Below, in pieces: positions 18,159 to 28,329 of a stretch of 45,651 nt of DNA. Made by a program: the position numbers and the translations under genes. A model generated the notes under the pieces. It worked only from the letters and a program-made list of their open reading frames with translations. It was not told the DNA's origin and ran no database searches. Position 1 is the stretch's first letter. Every line of letters begins with the position of its first letter. Where the stretch lies: positions 1-45,651 of the IMG/VR virus record IMGVR_UViG_3300020183_003709; one strand, given 5' to 3'. The stretch comes from a virus. Lineage: Duplodnaviria; Caudoviricetes.

Positions 18159-18788
18159 TTAAAATACCACAAATTTTCCTGTACCATAATGTGGCCATTG
18201 TTTATTGTATTCATAATAAACAACATCATTAGGTATATCCGATTTTTTATTCCATGTTTCTATTGTTGGTGTATTCGTTGATACGCCGTTGTCTTCAACT
18301 ACAAATCTAACTGGTAAATTAAAATTCTTTACGTACTTATAGTTTTCCATAAATGTACCGGTTTCAAATGTCATGTCACCAACAAAACACCATACGATAT
18401 TGTCTTTATTTTCTCTTTTATTAATCATCGCAACTCCTGTTGCTATTGGAATAATACCACCCACTATTGCCGAACTATAAAATTTTTCTTCTTGATTGAT
18501 TATTGTTATTGACCTACCTTCTACTATTTCTTGTTCTAACCATTCAGAGGGTACACCTTTTAATAGAGCATGATAGTGAGATCTCCAAGTTGAGAAAACC
18601 CAATCTGTTTTTTTCACTCTTTTGAATATTTCAATAAGGTGTTTTTCATTTCCTCCACTTAAATGAACAGGTCCTCTTATCCTACCTGACTCCCAATGGT
18701 CGGCGATTTTTTTCTCAAAACCAATTAATCCGTATGTGTCCCATAGAGGTTTATTAACAATCGGATATTGTTCTAAATTTTTAATCAT
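18159..18788 (-). CDS. ThDP-dependent E1-alpha-like subunit (short)
   Basis: GPVHLSGGNE, STWRSHYH, SAIVGG, GD...DN ThDP motif. Confidence 0.85.
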   Translation of the reverse strand: MIKNLEQYPIVNKPLWDTYGLIGFEKKIADHWESGRIRGPVHLSGGNEKHLIEIFKRVKKTDWVFSTWRSHYHALLKGVPSEWLEQEIVEGRSITIINQEEKFYSSAIVGGIIPIATGVAMINKRENKDNIVWCFVGDMTFETGTFMENYKYVKNFNLPVRFVVEDNGVSTNTPTIETWNKKSDIPNDVVYYEYNKQWPHYGTGKFVVF

Positions 18789-19339
18789 TTATCTCTTTTT
18801 TGTAATATTGGATTATTTGTTGGCCATTCGATATTAAAATTATTATCATCCCATTTAATTACTCCTTGTTGATTTTCGTCAACATATTCACCATTATAAA
18901 AATAATTGTAATAAAACATACAATCAGTAACTGCATAATGTCCGTTTGCAAAACCTGGTGGTATTAAAACCTGGTCTCTTGTTTTTTCAGAAAGTAAGTA
19001 AGATTCCCATTTACCAAATGTGCTCGAACCATTTCTAACATCTAAAACCACTAAATAAATTTCACCTTGGATTGCTTGTATTAATTTCCAACTCTTCTTG
19101 TCATAATGTAAACCCCTCAAAACACCCTTGTGGGATTTTGAAAACTTAGTATGAAAATTAATTTCATTTATGTCATAATGAATATTAAATAAAACAGGAT
19201 GTTTTTGTGAATGAAAAGTTGAAAATATTTCTCCTCGATATTCTCTATAAATTGATGGTGTAAAGATTGGTACTTCACATCCGAATGTTTTCAAATAAGA
19301 AACATTCCATTCATCCCATTTTTTATCTTTATAACTCAT
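18785..19339 (-). CDS. rmlC: NDP-4-keto-6-deoxyhexose 3,5-epimerase (RmlC cupin); start corrected to 19339
   Basis: RGEIF, GVLRGLHY, VVLDVR..SSTFGKW, IPPGFANG, IEWP. Confidence 0.85.
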   Translation of the reverse strand: MSYKDKKWDEWNVSYLKTFGCEVPIFTPSIYREYRGEIFSTFHSQKHPVLFNIHYDINEINFHTKFSKSHKGVLRGLHYDKKSWKLIQAIQGEIYLVVLDVRNGSSTFGKWESYLLSEKTRDQVLIPPGFANGHYAVTDCMFYYNYFYNGEYVDENQQGVIKWDDNNFNIEWPTNNPILQKRDK

Positions 19340-19340
19340 A

Positions 19341-19949
19341 TTATTTATTAAATGACACAATACTGAATCTTGGATTATTTGCGTATGGTTGAACAGTACT
19401 TACAAAATGCGGTTGTCTAAAAACCTGATTGTTCAATAACACCACTCTATTGAATCTCGGAAAAATTTGTTTATTAAACTCGTAATCAACATCAGAACAT
19501 ATGTTTAACATTCCACCCCAATCCCAAACCCAATCTTTGTTAACATAATAAATAGCATTTATTTTACCAGCATAATCATCCATATGAGTCCTATAATGAT
19601 CACCCTCATCTAATTTATAACATCTAATATCAAAATCATTTAACTCAAATGGAGACACATTTTTTAATAGGTTAATAAAATTATTATTGAATAATTTTAA
19701 TATTTCATCATTTGACTCTAGTTCTTGTGACCTACTAAAACTTGATGTATAAATTTCTCCATTTTTTGGTAGATATGGTGAATTTGATTTAAAAACATGT
19801 GAATAGTGTTCCTCTCTTTTTTGAATACTTTTTTCCCAACTATTATTGTCGACAAACAATTTATTCAATTTAATTGCATCTTCTAATTGAAGAAAATCAT
19901 CAATAATCGAGTATCCTAATTCAACAAGCTCTGTTTTAATGTTATTCAT
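19341..19949 (-). CDS. 2OG-Fe(II) oxygenase; start corrected to 19949
   Basis: [27 protein letters not shown]....RFS. Confidence 0.85.
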   Translation of the reverse strand: MNNIKTELVELGYSIIDDFLQLEDAIKLNKLFVDNNSWEKSIQKREEHYSHVFKSNSPYLPKNGEIYTSSFSRSQELESNDEILKLFNNNFINLLKNVSPFELNDFDIRCYKLDEGDHYRTHMDDYAGKINAIYYVNKDWVWDWGGMLNICSDVDYEFNKQIFPRFNRVVLLNNQVFRQPHFVSTVQPYANNPRFSIVSFNK

Positions 19950-19956
19950 AAATTTT

Positions 19957-20367
19957 TTATTCCCAACTAATTCCCCAATCTTTAAATTCGGAGGCAAGAC
20001 AATCTGTTTTATAGTCTTTTCTACCCCCAACAATTTCTTGAATTTTATTTTTGGCGGCGTTTCTGACACCATTTAGACCGTGTGTTAATTCTAAGTTAGT
20101 ATCTTCTGTTTTACCGTATTTTCTATAGTTGGATTCATTATGCCAAATATGTAAATTGGTTTGAGCTAATACAACAATTGCCCTTATCGTCTCGGCCATT
20201 ATTAATTCATCACTATTTTTTAATATTAAATCAATATCATGTTTAATATCTCTAATTTCTTGAGCATACTCCTCTTTATGTTCAGGTATGAACTGTTCTT
20301 TTAATTGAGAAATACTCATTCTGTCAATTAATTCTGCTAATGTTGGTAAGTACTTACGTTCTGACAT
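19957..20367 (-). CDS. Helical hypothetical protein (DUF4254-like)
   Basis: [27 protein letters not shown]; lies among NDP-sugar genes. Confidence 0.5.
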   Translation of the reverse strand: MSERKYLPTLAELIDRMSISQLKEQFIPEHKEEYAQEIRDIKHDIDLILKNSDELIMAETIRAIVVLAQTNLHIWHNESNYRKYGKTEDTNLELTHGLNGVRNAAKNKIQEIVGGRKDYKTDCLASEFKDWGISWE

Positions 20368-20371
20368 TATT

Positions 20372-21379
20372 TTATCTGTTTAAAAATTTACGACCGTTAT
20401 TTATTCTTAATCTCCAATAATCCAATAGGTCTTCCATTGTTTTATTATAAGGTATTTCTGGTTCCCATCCCGTATGGTTTTTAAATTTTGTTGTGTTAGG
20501 TATCTGTAGGTTAGCATCAATTGGTCTAAATCTATTCATATCTAATACCACTTCAATATTTGACACTTTAGATTTTGATAAAAGATATTCTAATGTTTCA
20601 CCAACACTACAGGTAAAATTACCTCCGATGTTGTAGTATTCACCCGATATTGGGTTTATTGTTAATAGCAACCAATATGCCCTAACAGCGTCTCTGACAT
20701 CCGCATATGTTCTAAGTGAATTAAGATTACCTACCAATATTTTTGGTTCTTGTAGTCCCGATTCAATCATTGCAATTTGTTTTGCAAAAGTCGATTCGTG
20801 AAAAACATCTCCTCTTCTTGGTCCTGTGTGAGTGAACATTCTTGTAGTCATGATTTTCATACTATAAGCTTCGGCGTAATATCTACCAATAAGATCAGTA
20901 CCAACCTTAGATATTGCATAAGGTGAAGCGGGATGTATACTACATTCCTCATCAATCGGTAATTTGTGTTCAGGTACTCTACCAAAAATTTCACTTGATG
21001 CACAAACATGTATTAAAGCATCTTTATATTCCGATTTTCTAATTGCTTCCAAAAGATTAGTAGTCCCAATAATATTTGTCTGTAATGTTTCAATTGGTGA
21101 ATCAAAACTTGTTTGAGGGTAGGATTGTGCTCCTAAGTGAAAAACATAATTAGGTTTTGATTTTTCTATTGCACATTGTATTGATGCGTAATCATTTAAA
21201 TCCCCATAAATTAGTTCGACTCTGTCTTTTTTATTTATCACTTCGGTCAAATGTTCAATGTTGTCCATAGATTCATTCCATCTACAGAATCCATAAATTT
21301 TTATGTTTGGTTTTTCTAAAAGAAAATCCAACATATGTGAACCAACCATTCCTAAAACACCTGTAATTAATACATTCAT
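20372..21379 (-). CDS. gmd: GDP-mannose 4,6-dehydratase-like SDR
   Basis: ITGVLGMVGSH, HLGAQSY...SF, SSEIFG, SPYAISK, GNLNSLR. Confidence 0.8.
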   Translation of the reverse strand: MNVLITGVLGMVGSHMLDFLLEKPNIKIYGFCRWNESMDNIEHLTEVINKKDRVELIYGDLNDYASIQCAIEKSKPNYVFHLGAQSYPQTSFDSPIETLQTNIIGTTNLLEAIRKSEYKDALIHVCASSEIFGRVPEHKLPIDEECSIHPASPYAISKVGTDLIGRYYAEAYSMKIMTTRMFTHTGPRRGDVFHESTFAKQIAMIESGLQEPKILVGNLNSLRTYADVRDAVRAYWLLLTINPISGEYYNIGGNFTCSVGETLEYLLSKSKVSNIEVVLDMNRFRPIDANLQIPNTTKFKNHTGWEPEIPYNKTMEDLLDYWRLRINNGRKFLNR

Positions 21380-22542
21380 TGATATATTTCTTTGAACATT
21401 TTTTCAGTTAAACTCCAATTATTCGGTAACCCGAAAGATTCAGCATAGTTAGCATCGAAATCACGAAGTAAAATTTTATATTCTTCTCGGTTTTCACCAA
21501 CTAAAGATTTTAATATACTTGGTATATATTTATCATAATAAACAATTCTAGTCGCTGTGTAAATATTTGCTTGGGCGACCCCGAGAATGTGGTCTCTAAT
21601 TTCGTTGTAATTTTTATCTTTGATGCCAAACAAATTATCTATTATTCCTAAGCATCTTAATTTTATAGAGTCACTATCATCAAAATCATAATTGAATATT
21701 TTACTATACAATCCTATACCATATTTTCTCAGATTGTCATTTTGATTTCGATTACCTAAAACTAAAAAGGGATTTCCAAATAAAATACTTCTGAAAGTTT
21801 TTTCAGTATGAAACATATATTCTGTGTTTTCCCCTCCACGACTCACCGTACAACCGGGGGCAGTCTCACTCACGATATCAATCAGATTTCCAGCATTGAG
21901 TAATTCTGAAGAAAAAACCTGATGAGTCTGCCTTTCATCTTTATCAATTTCAAAGGTTAATTTTCTCGGAGTAAAATATTCAAAATTCCATGGAGCGTCT
22001 GGGTAATTCCACGTGTTTATCCCATAATCAAACAATCCATATTTACAAAGATAATCCATCAACATACATCGATGATTCCTATCGTGGTTGTTCAAATTCA
22101 AATAAAGTTTTTTAATTACCTTTTGAGGGTCGAATAATTGTGCGGGTTCTTTTTTATAAAAAGATGTCATCCCATAAAAAGTATAATGCAACAAAGCGGT
22201 GGGCCAAAAAATGACTTCAAAATTTTTTATGGGATTGGTGTTAATATTTGAATAGGCTTCACTATAATCACATCCAACTAAAAGATAACATTGTATATTA
22301 TTTTTTACTAATGTATTTTCGAAATATTGGTATTTTTCAAGATGTTTTTTGTTATCTTTATAATTATACTCTAAATAATCCAAGAATCTTTCATCGAATG
22401 CCTCCCAAGGTTGCCAAATAATTATATGACCACTTGGTTTGATTTCTTCAATGAGGTCAGACACATCCTTAAGATTTTGTGTAGGGCCTGGCGGATTTAT
22501 TAAAAGTACGTTTTTGTAAAATCTATAGTTGACCATATTCAT
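21376..22542 (-). CDS. Putative GT-B glycosyltransferase of the [TS]EK[TS] family (paralog 2)
   Basis: YLNLN...HR, IDIVSET, FHTEKTFRSI..GNPF, FNYDFD. Confidence 0.55.
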   Translation of the reverse strand: MNMVNYRFYKNVLLINPPGPTQNLKDVSDLIEEIKPSGHIIIWQPWEAFDERFLDYLEYNYKDNKKHLEKYQYFENTLVKNNIQCYLLVGCDYSEAYSNINTNPIKNFEVIFWPTALLHYTFYGMTSFYKKEPAQLFDPQKVIKKLYLNLNNHDRNHRCMLMDYLCKYGLFDYGINTWNYPDAPWNFEYFTPRKLTFEIDKDERQTHQVFSSELLNAGNLIDIVSETAPGCTVSRGGENTEYMFHTEKTFRSILFGNPFLVLGNRNQNDNLRKYGIGLYSKIFNYDFDDSDSIKLRCLGIIDNLFGIKDKNYNEIRDHILGVAQANIYTATRIVYYDKYIPSILKSLVGENREEYKILLRDFDANYAESFGLPNNWSLTEKMFKEIYQ

Positions 22543-23482
22543 TATACCATTTTAGAGTTTCTTTTATACCTTGTTCAAAAGTATATTTAGGTTCAAACCC
22601 TAATTCATTTTTTATTCTGTCTGTATTAACAGCTCTGAAGGGAATTGTAGTTGGTTTTGAATTGTCCCAATTAATTTCGGGATTTTTACCTGTCACTTTT
22701 AATATTGTATCTAATATTTCACCAATTGTGATACCACCACCATATCCTAAATTATATGGTCTCATTGATTCCCCCTTTTCTAATATCAACAATGCACCAT
22801 CTACCACATCTTTAACATACAAAAAATCTCTAACAACGTCAGGACTTCCCCAAGCGGTAAAAGGATTTTCATCACTTAATACTCTTTTAATCAGCGCCGG
22901 TACGACATGACAATTTTTCAAATTAAAATTATCGTTTGGTCCGAATATTGCTGTACATCTTGCAAGTGCGATTTCTAATCCTGAAAATTTGGAAACGTGT
23001 TCCATTAACTTTTCACGATACCTTCTCATCCACCCATATCCGTAATATGATTTATATGGTTCATCAACCCAATATTCATCTTCAGTTATTGGTCTTCTAA
23101 TATCAGGATATCCAGTAGAACTGTTTAAATCTAGAAATCTTTTAACACCATTTTTTGCACAGGCTTCAAGTACATTACCAATTAAATTTAATTGTTTAAG
23201 TGATATTTGAACATCTGTTGGTACTGATGATGGATGAGCAACTTCACCGGCACAATGAATTACATAATCGGCACCTACTGTCAATTTAATACAATCATCA
23301 AGAGATAATAAGTTAATACCACTATAAACGATGACTTTATCTGTGTCAAATTGTAATAATGATTCATTCGTTGATGTCCTTACTTTAGCACCTCTATGAA
23401 CTAATTCTTTGAGAAAGTGTGTACCTATAAAACCTGAACCACCAGTGACTACAACTTTTTTTCCTTTTAAAAAATTTTCCAT
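22523..23482 (-). CDS. NAD(P)-dependent sugar epimerase/reductase, GDP-fucose-synthase-like
   Basis: TGGSGFIG, FGPNDNF....HVVPALI, RDFLYV; catalytic motif reads YGWMR (Lys replaced by Arg). Confidence 0.8.
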   Translation of the reverse strand: MENFLKGKKVVVTGGSGFIGTHFLKELVHRGAKVRTSTNESLLQFDTDKVIVYSGINLLSLDDCIKLTVGADYVIHCAGEVAHPSSVPTDVQISLKQLNLIGNVLEACAKNGVKRFLDLNSSTGYPDIRRPITEDEYWVDEPYKSYYGYGWMRRYREKLMEHVSKFSGLEIALARCTAIFGPNDNFNLKNCHVVPALIKRVLSDENPFTAWGSPDVVRDFLYVKDVVDGALLILEKGESMRPYNLGYGGGITIGEILDTILKVTGKNPEINWDNSKPTTIPFRAVNTDRIKNELGFEPKYTFEQGIKETLKWYNEYGQL

Positions 23483-23483
23483 A

Positions 23484-24458
23484 TTAATGATTTACAAATG
23501 GGTTATATCTTTTATCTAAAATTTCTTTATTGTTTAAAAACCATTCTGTCGTTAGTTTAATACCTTCCTCTAATGATATTGTTGTTTCTAATCCGTACTT
23601 TTTCATTCTATCCACACTCATTAGTCTTTTACTATCTCCACTTGGTGCATCAGTTAACCATTTTACCGGAATATCTCTACCTGAATATTTTAAAACCAAT
23701 TCAACTAAGTTTTTAATACTATAACCACCACCTGAACCTAAGTTAATCGGGTCGGTTATTTTATTCTCAACGACATGTAACATACCTCTTGCAACATCAT
23801 CAGAATAAATAAAATCGCGAATAGGTGAACCATCACCAAAAACTTCAAGCACATCACTTTCCTGTGCCTTTCTTATGAGTGACGGTACCACCATCGCATT
23901 ATTTGGGTTAAAATTATCATAAGGACCATAAACATTTGCGGGTCTTACAATTGAAATTTTATCCCATCCATATTGTTTACTATATGTTTCTGTTTGTAGT
24001 TCACCAATTCTTTTTGCCCATCCCGCATATTTGTCATTTGGTGAGGGGAATGTTTCCCAAACACTCTCTTCATAAAAAACTTCGGCGGGTGAATAAACAC
24101 CAACTGAACTCGTATACAGATACCACTTAACATTAGATTCAAATGCTGCTTGTGTCATGTTTGTATTAAACTGTAACATTGGTACCATAAAATCCACTGG
24201 CTGTTCAATACACATCTTTGGGGATCCTTTAACTCCGGCTAAATGAAAGACATAATCTTTTCCTTTACATATATCTAAACAATTATCAAAGAACCTCAAA
24301 TCGACTTGTGTGAATTCTACACCTTCGGGTAAGTCAACGGGTTTAGTCAAGTCGGCAATTGTTACAATTGCACCTCTTTTTAATAATAAATTTACGAGTG
24401 ACCTACCAATCATTCCTGATCCACCGGTTACTAATACTTTTTGATTCTCAAACATCAT
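23484..24458 (-). CDS. NAD(P)-dependent sugar epimerase/reductase, Fcl/ColC-like
   Basis: TGGSGMIG, VDLR, AGWAK (A in the usual YxxxK Tyr position, Tyr one residue earlier), RPANVYGPYDNF, RDFIY. Confidence 0.8.
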   Translation of the reverse strand: MMFENQKVLVTGGSGMIGRSLVNLLLKRGAIVTIADLTKPVDLPEGVEFTQVDLRFFDNCLDICKGKDYVFHLAGVKGSPKMCIEQPVDFMVPMLQFNTNMTQAAFESNVKWYLYTSSVGVYSPAEVFYEESVWETFPSPNDKYAGWAKRIGELQTETYSKQYGWDKISIVRPANVYGPYDNFNPNNAMVVPSLIRKAQESDVLEVFGDGSPIRDFIYSDDVARGMLHVVENKITDPINLGSGGGYSIKNLVELVLKYSGRDIPVKWLTDAPSGDSKRLMSVDRMKKYGLETTISLEEGIKLTTEWFLNNKEILDKRYNPFVNH

Positions 24459-25635
24459 TTAATTTTTTTACTAAGTTTACAATTTGTTCGTCGGTTAAAT
24501 CCGTGTGGTTACCAACGTACAATGAATTGTTATGTATATAATTTACGTTATCTAATTCACCAACAACACGATAGTCACATTTTTCTAAGTATGGTTGTAA
24601 AACTTGATTTCCACCTCCTGAAGTACCTAATCTATATTCAACTCCACTTAAAAATAAAATATCACAAACGCCAGTATAATCGTCATTAATCTTAAATCTG
24701 TCAATATATTCGGGTCTCATAATTAACGGTAATGCAAAATTACTGTTACCAATTAAATCAAATTCAGTTATGAATTTATTTTTATCTAAGTGATTCAACC
24801 ACACATTTAAATTATGTCTTCTTTTTTCAATATTACTATCGATTCTTTTCATTTGTTCAATACCTAATACAGCATTCATCTCAGTGCTCCTTAAATTAAA
24901 ACCAGGCACAACAAACGTAAAAAGAGGATTTAAATGAGGATATTCTTTTTGATAGTAAATTTGTGTTTCTTTGGATACTTCTCTTGTCATTCCATGTGAT
25001 CGAAAAAGTTTTGCCAATTCATTTATCTTATCGTTATTTGAGCAAATAATTCCACCCTCAACTGTTGTGATATGATGTCCAAAGAAAAATGAAAAAATAG
25101 ACATGTCACCAAATGTACCTACCTTTTTATTGTTATATGTTGCACCATGAGATTCACAACAATCTTCAATCAATAAAATGTTTTTTTCTTTCACTATTCT
25201 TAATAATTCGTCATCAATTGCGTTAAATCCCAAACAATGAACTATAACAATTGCTTTAGTCTCATTTGTTATTGCCTTCTTAATATTTTCGGTTGTGATT
25301 GAAAGATTGGAAAGGGAAATGTCAACAAACACTGGTTTCATTCCAAGTTGAGTAATAGAGGACACATCTGAAACCCATCCCAACGGAGAGACAATTACTT
25401 CTCCAATTCCCATTAATTCTTTTACTATCGCAATTGAAATATAATTACCAGATGATCCCGAATTAACCATTGTTGAGTGTTTAATACCCAACCAGTTAGA
25501 CCATATATTTTCAAATTCTCTTACTTTTTCACCATTAGTTAATCTTTTATTTAACAATAAAAAATCACTTAAAGCCACCCTATCTGATTGTGAAATATTA
25601 TCATTTATAAGTGGCCATTTATATTGTAAATCCAT
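24448..25635 (-). CDS. colD: PLP-dependent DegT-fold enzyme, GDP-4-keto-6-deoxymannose 3-dehydratase (ColD)-like
   Basis: VNSGSSGN, EDCCESHGA, SFFFGHHITTVEGG (His at the Schiff-base Lys position), RSHG, GFNLR. Confidence 0.8.
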   Translation of the reverse strand: MDLQYKWPLINDNISQSDRVALSDFLLLNKRLTNGEKVREFENIWSNWLGIKHSTMVNSGSSGNYISIAIVKELMGIGEVIVSPLGWVSDVSSITQLGMKPVFVDISLSNLSITTENIKKAITNETKAIVIVHCLGFNAIDDELLRIVKEKNILLIEDCCESHGATYNNKKVGTFGDMSIFSFFFGHHITTVEGGIICSNNDKINELAKLFRSHGMTREVSKETQIYYQKEYPHLNPLFTFVVPGFNLRSTEMNAVLGIEQMKRIDSNIEKRRHNLNVWLNHLDKNKFITEFDLIGNSNFALPLIMRPEYIDRFKINDDYTGVCDILFLSGVEYRLGTSGGGNQVLQPYLEKCDYRVVGELDNVNYIHNNSLYVGNHTDLTDEQIVNLVKKLNDV

Positions 25636-25642
25636 AAATGAT

Positions 25643-25671
25643 AATATATAAAAAAAATATCTTAATTTAAA
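25643..25671 (-). promoter_or_regulatory. Putative sigma70-like near-leaderless promoter upstream of colD-like gene
   Basis: TTTAAA-N17-TATATT, 7 nt before ATG at 25635. Confidence 0.45.
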
Positions 25672-26398
25672 TATTATTCAAGGAATCGTTTAAGATTAAT
25701 TCCAACAAATGGTGTGGGATATTAATTGGGTTATGTAAACCAAATGGTTTTGGGTGGTATAAATTCTCCACACTGAATCTCATTGCGGTTTCTATATTAG
25801 GTAATTGATTATCATTCAACCATTTTACAAAAAATATATCTTCCCATCTTGGTTCGTAATCTTTGTGTTTGTTAGAAATATCTAACATCACTTCTTTTGT
25901 TCTAAGAGATAGTCCACCATTACCTATAAACTTATTTTCTTTTGGTTTAGTCCACGGTGCCCCTATGTAATCAAATTTTAAAAAATCGTCAATACCACAT
26001 CTCATAAGTAGGGTGTCGGTTTGAAATGTTAGAATTTTTTTACCTTTAACCTGTTTCCAAAATTCATAAGACTTCATATATTGATTGTATTCAATTTTGG
26101 TGAAGTCTTTAACTCCCGTATTTACAAAATCAACATTTTTAATATCTTTTAATATGTCATATGTAAAATCTTGATTATCAACTCCATGAAAAACTTGTAA
26201 TCCCCATTTTATATTTGAATCATTATTATTTAAAAAATATAAATGATTTATTATTATAGATAACATTTTAGGGTTAATTCTGGGTTCCACAATTACAGCG
26301 TAGTAATCACTATTATTTGGTAAGACAGGATTATATTCATTTATTTTTTTTATAAAATTTTCTAAATAGTTCGCTAATATGTATTCTTGAGCCGTCAT
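25667..26398 (-). CDS. DUF5672-like protein (putative glycosyltransferase)
   Basis: FQTD, DYIGAPW, GNGGLSLR, EDIFF, FSVE, PFGLH. Confidence 0.8.
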   Translation of the reverse strand: MTAQEYILANYLENFIKKINEYNPVLPNNSDYYAVIVEPRINPKMLSIIINHLYFLNNNDSNIKWGLQVFHGVDNQDFTYDILKDIKNVDFVNTGVKDFTKIEYNQYMKSYEFWKQVKGKKILTFQTDTLLMRCGIDDFLKFDYIGAPWTKPKENKFIGNGGLSLRTKEVMLDISNKHKDYEPRWEDIFFVKWLNDNQLPNIETAMRFSVENLYHPKPFGLHNPINIPHHLLELILNDSLNNI

Positions 26399-27015
26399 AT
26401 TTTATCAATTATTTTATTGTAAATGAAATCGGCTATTATTTTATATCCAATTAAATTCGGATGATAATCCCCTTCCCAAAAATTTTTATTGTCATTCCAA
26501 ACACTTCTACTTTCATATTCCCATACTGAAATATCGTTTTTGATTTCGTATTCTTTTAATACTTCAGAGATACATGTGTTAGGATTTATATAACTTTCGG
26601 GTAATTTTGAAATATCAAAATCTTCTTCCTTAAACATTGGAAAAAACGAATTAAAATAAAAATGTTTATAATCTTTTAATATTTTTTCAACTTCCCAAAA
26701 TAATTTAACCACGTCATTATCGTCTTTTATATATCTATATGGATATGAAAAGATTACGATAATAATATCTTCTTTTTCTAAAAAATTATTATTAACACAC
26801 TCTGTAATATCTTTTAGAATGTATGAATTACCGTAACCGCAAACGCCCATATTAACATATTCAACTGACATTCTCTCTGCAACCCATCTTGGCCAAGAGT
26901 TTTGATTTCTAAGTTTTTGAATAAAGATTGGTGGATGAGCAATTTTTTTAAATTGACTATCTTTTTCAATTCCGTGACCCGCAGTCCAACTATCACCAAA
27001 ACAAATTAATCTCAA
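26395..27015 (-). CDS. SGNH/GDSL hydrolase-like protein (paralog of 1746..2582)
   Basis: FGDSWTAG, NMGVCGYGN, DYHPNLIGYKIIA; shares R.(Q)N.SWP and VWE....W motifs. Confidence 0.7.
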   Translation of the reverse strand: MRLICFGDSWTAGHGIEKDSQFKKIAHPPIFIQKLRNQNSWPRWVAERMSVEYVNMGVCGYGNSYILKDITECVNNNFLEKEDIIIVIFSYPYRYIKDDNDVVKLFWEVEKILKDYKHFYFNSFFPMFKEEDFDISKLPESYINPNTCISEVLKEYEIKNDISVWEYESRSVWNDNKNFWEGDYHPNLIGYKIIADFIYNKIIDKI

Positions 27016-28322
27016 GACATTAAAGATTTAAAAAAATTATAATCGTCTAATTTATCAGGAATCTTACACACAATTTCACGATTCTTTTCAAATCTATCTC
27101 TATTTTTACCATAAAAATCAATAATAAATTCTTTATTATTGTTTAGTCTTATAATCTCACTTAAAGCACCGTTTATTCTTTCCCTAAGTTTTGGTAATTC
27201 ATCGTAACTATGATTTATTAAATCGTCAAAAAAATCAAATCCAAATTCCTCTTTCATCTTTTTTATGTGGTTCTGCGTTGATATGATTATTGGTATCTGA
27301 TAAAAGGCAAATGGACGAAACGATTTTTCACTGATATGAATAGTATTATTTTCGTCCATAAATTCAGTCTCGGTCACTATGTTTATATATGAATTATTGT
27401 ATGCTATACTATGTTCAGGTAACATCATTCCACCTGATTCGCCAGCAGATCCACCCAATTCGGGAAATCCGTCTCTATTAATGTCTCCGTTTCCAATCTT
27501 AAACCATTTTGAATCTTCAAAATCACTAATTTTAATTTCAATATTATAAAAATAATCAATTTCTTCTTTTAGTTCGTCTATTTCTTTTTCATCAAAAATA
27601 CAATCAAGAAATCCCCAATCGTCTTTATTTCTCTTTTGACCAGACGTTAATGACCAATTTGTATTGTCTAATATATTATTTTTTTTCAATAAGGATAAAA
27701 CTGCATATCTATGAGCCTTTTGTGATCTATTTTGACATATAAAAAATTTTCCGATTTTATTTGTATTAAATTCTACTTTTACTTCAGAAAAAACACTATT
27801 ACAAGTTAGTGGTATTAGATTTAATCTGAATGTATTAATATCTGATTTAAACTTGAATTTATAGTTGTTTAAATTACTATTATTATTTAAAATATAAAAC
27901 TGTTTCTCATTCAAAGATAAATTTTTAATTACATTTAATAATGTTATAAAACTCTGCTCTTTGTCTCCTTCATGTTCAGATAAAAATACCACATTTAAAT
28001 TAGGACAATCTTTCAAACATTTGATAACCTCATCAGAAAATGAAGATTCTTTATGTTCGAATACTTCATCAATGCCAATAGATATTTTTATAAAATAATA
28101 AAATTTTTCTTGTGGGGATTTATAAACGTCTTCAATCTTATTTCTTTTTATTGGTAAAGAATTTCTTTCAAATTTGTGTCTAACATGAAAATATCTCTCA
28201 TAAAAATCAAAAAATCCAGACTCATCCCTAAAACTATTCGAACCTAAAGTTTCATGTAAATTAGGATATGGGTAATTTTTTTCATTATCCCATTTATCAT
28301 ATACTAAATTAATTTTCTTCAT
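27012..28322 (-). CDS. Putative GT-B glycosyltransferase of the [TS]EK[TS] family (paralog 3)
   Basis: FLSEHEGD, FICQNR...HR, YINIVTET, HISEKSFRPF; closely parallels 15991..17184. Confidence 0.55.
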   Translation of the reverse strand: MKKINLVYDKWDNEKNYPYPNLHETLGSNSFRDESGFFDFYERYFHVRHKFERNSLPIKRNKIEDVYKSPQEKFYYFIKISIGIDEVFEHKESSFSDEVIKCLKDCPNLNVVFLSEHEGDKEQSFITLLNVIKNLSLNEKQFYILNNNSNLNNYKFKFKSDINTFRLNLIPLTCNSVFSEVKVEFNTNKIGKFFICQNRSQKAHRYAVLSLLKKNNILDNTNWSLTSGQKRNKDDWGFLDCIFDEKEIDELKEEIDYFYNIEIKISDFEDSKWFKIGNGDINRDGFPELGGSAGESGGMMLPEHSIAYNNSYINIVTETEFMDENNTIHISEKSFRPFAFYQIPIIISTQNHIKKMKEEFGFDFFDDLINHSYDELPKLRERINGALSEIIRLNNNKEFIIDFYGKNRDRFEKNREIVCKIPDKLDDYNFFKSLMS

Positions 28323-28329
28323 ATATTAA

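Noticed and set aside
15461-18788. Pyruvate dehydrogenase as an auxiliary metabolic gene
   Set aside because: Short subunits, no E2/E3 in the window, embedded among NDP-sugar genes
7921-20072. Longer starts in the ORF track (7965, 10683, 18229, 19360, 20072)
   Set aside because: Extensions overlap upstream genes and precede the natural domain start; downstream ATGs preferred
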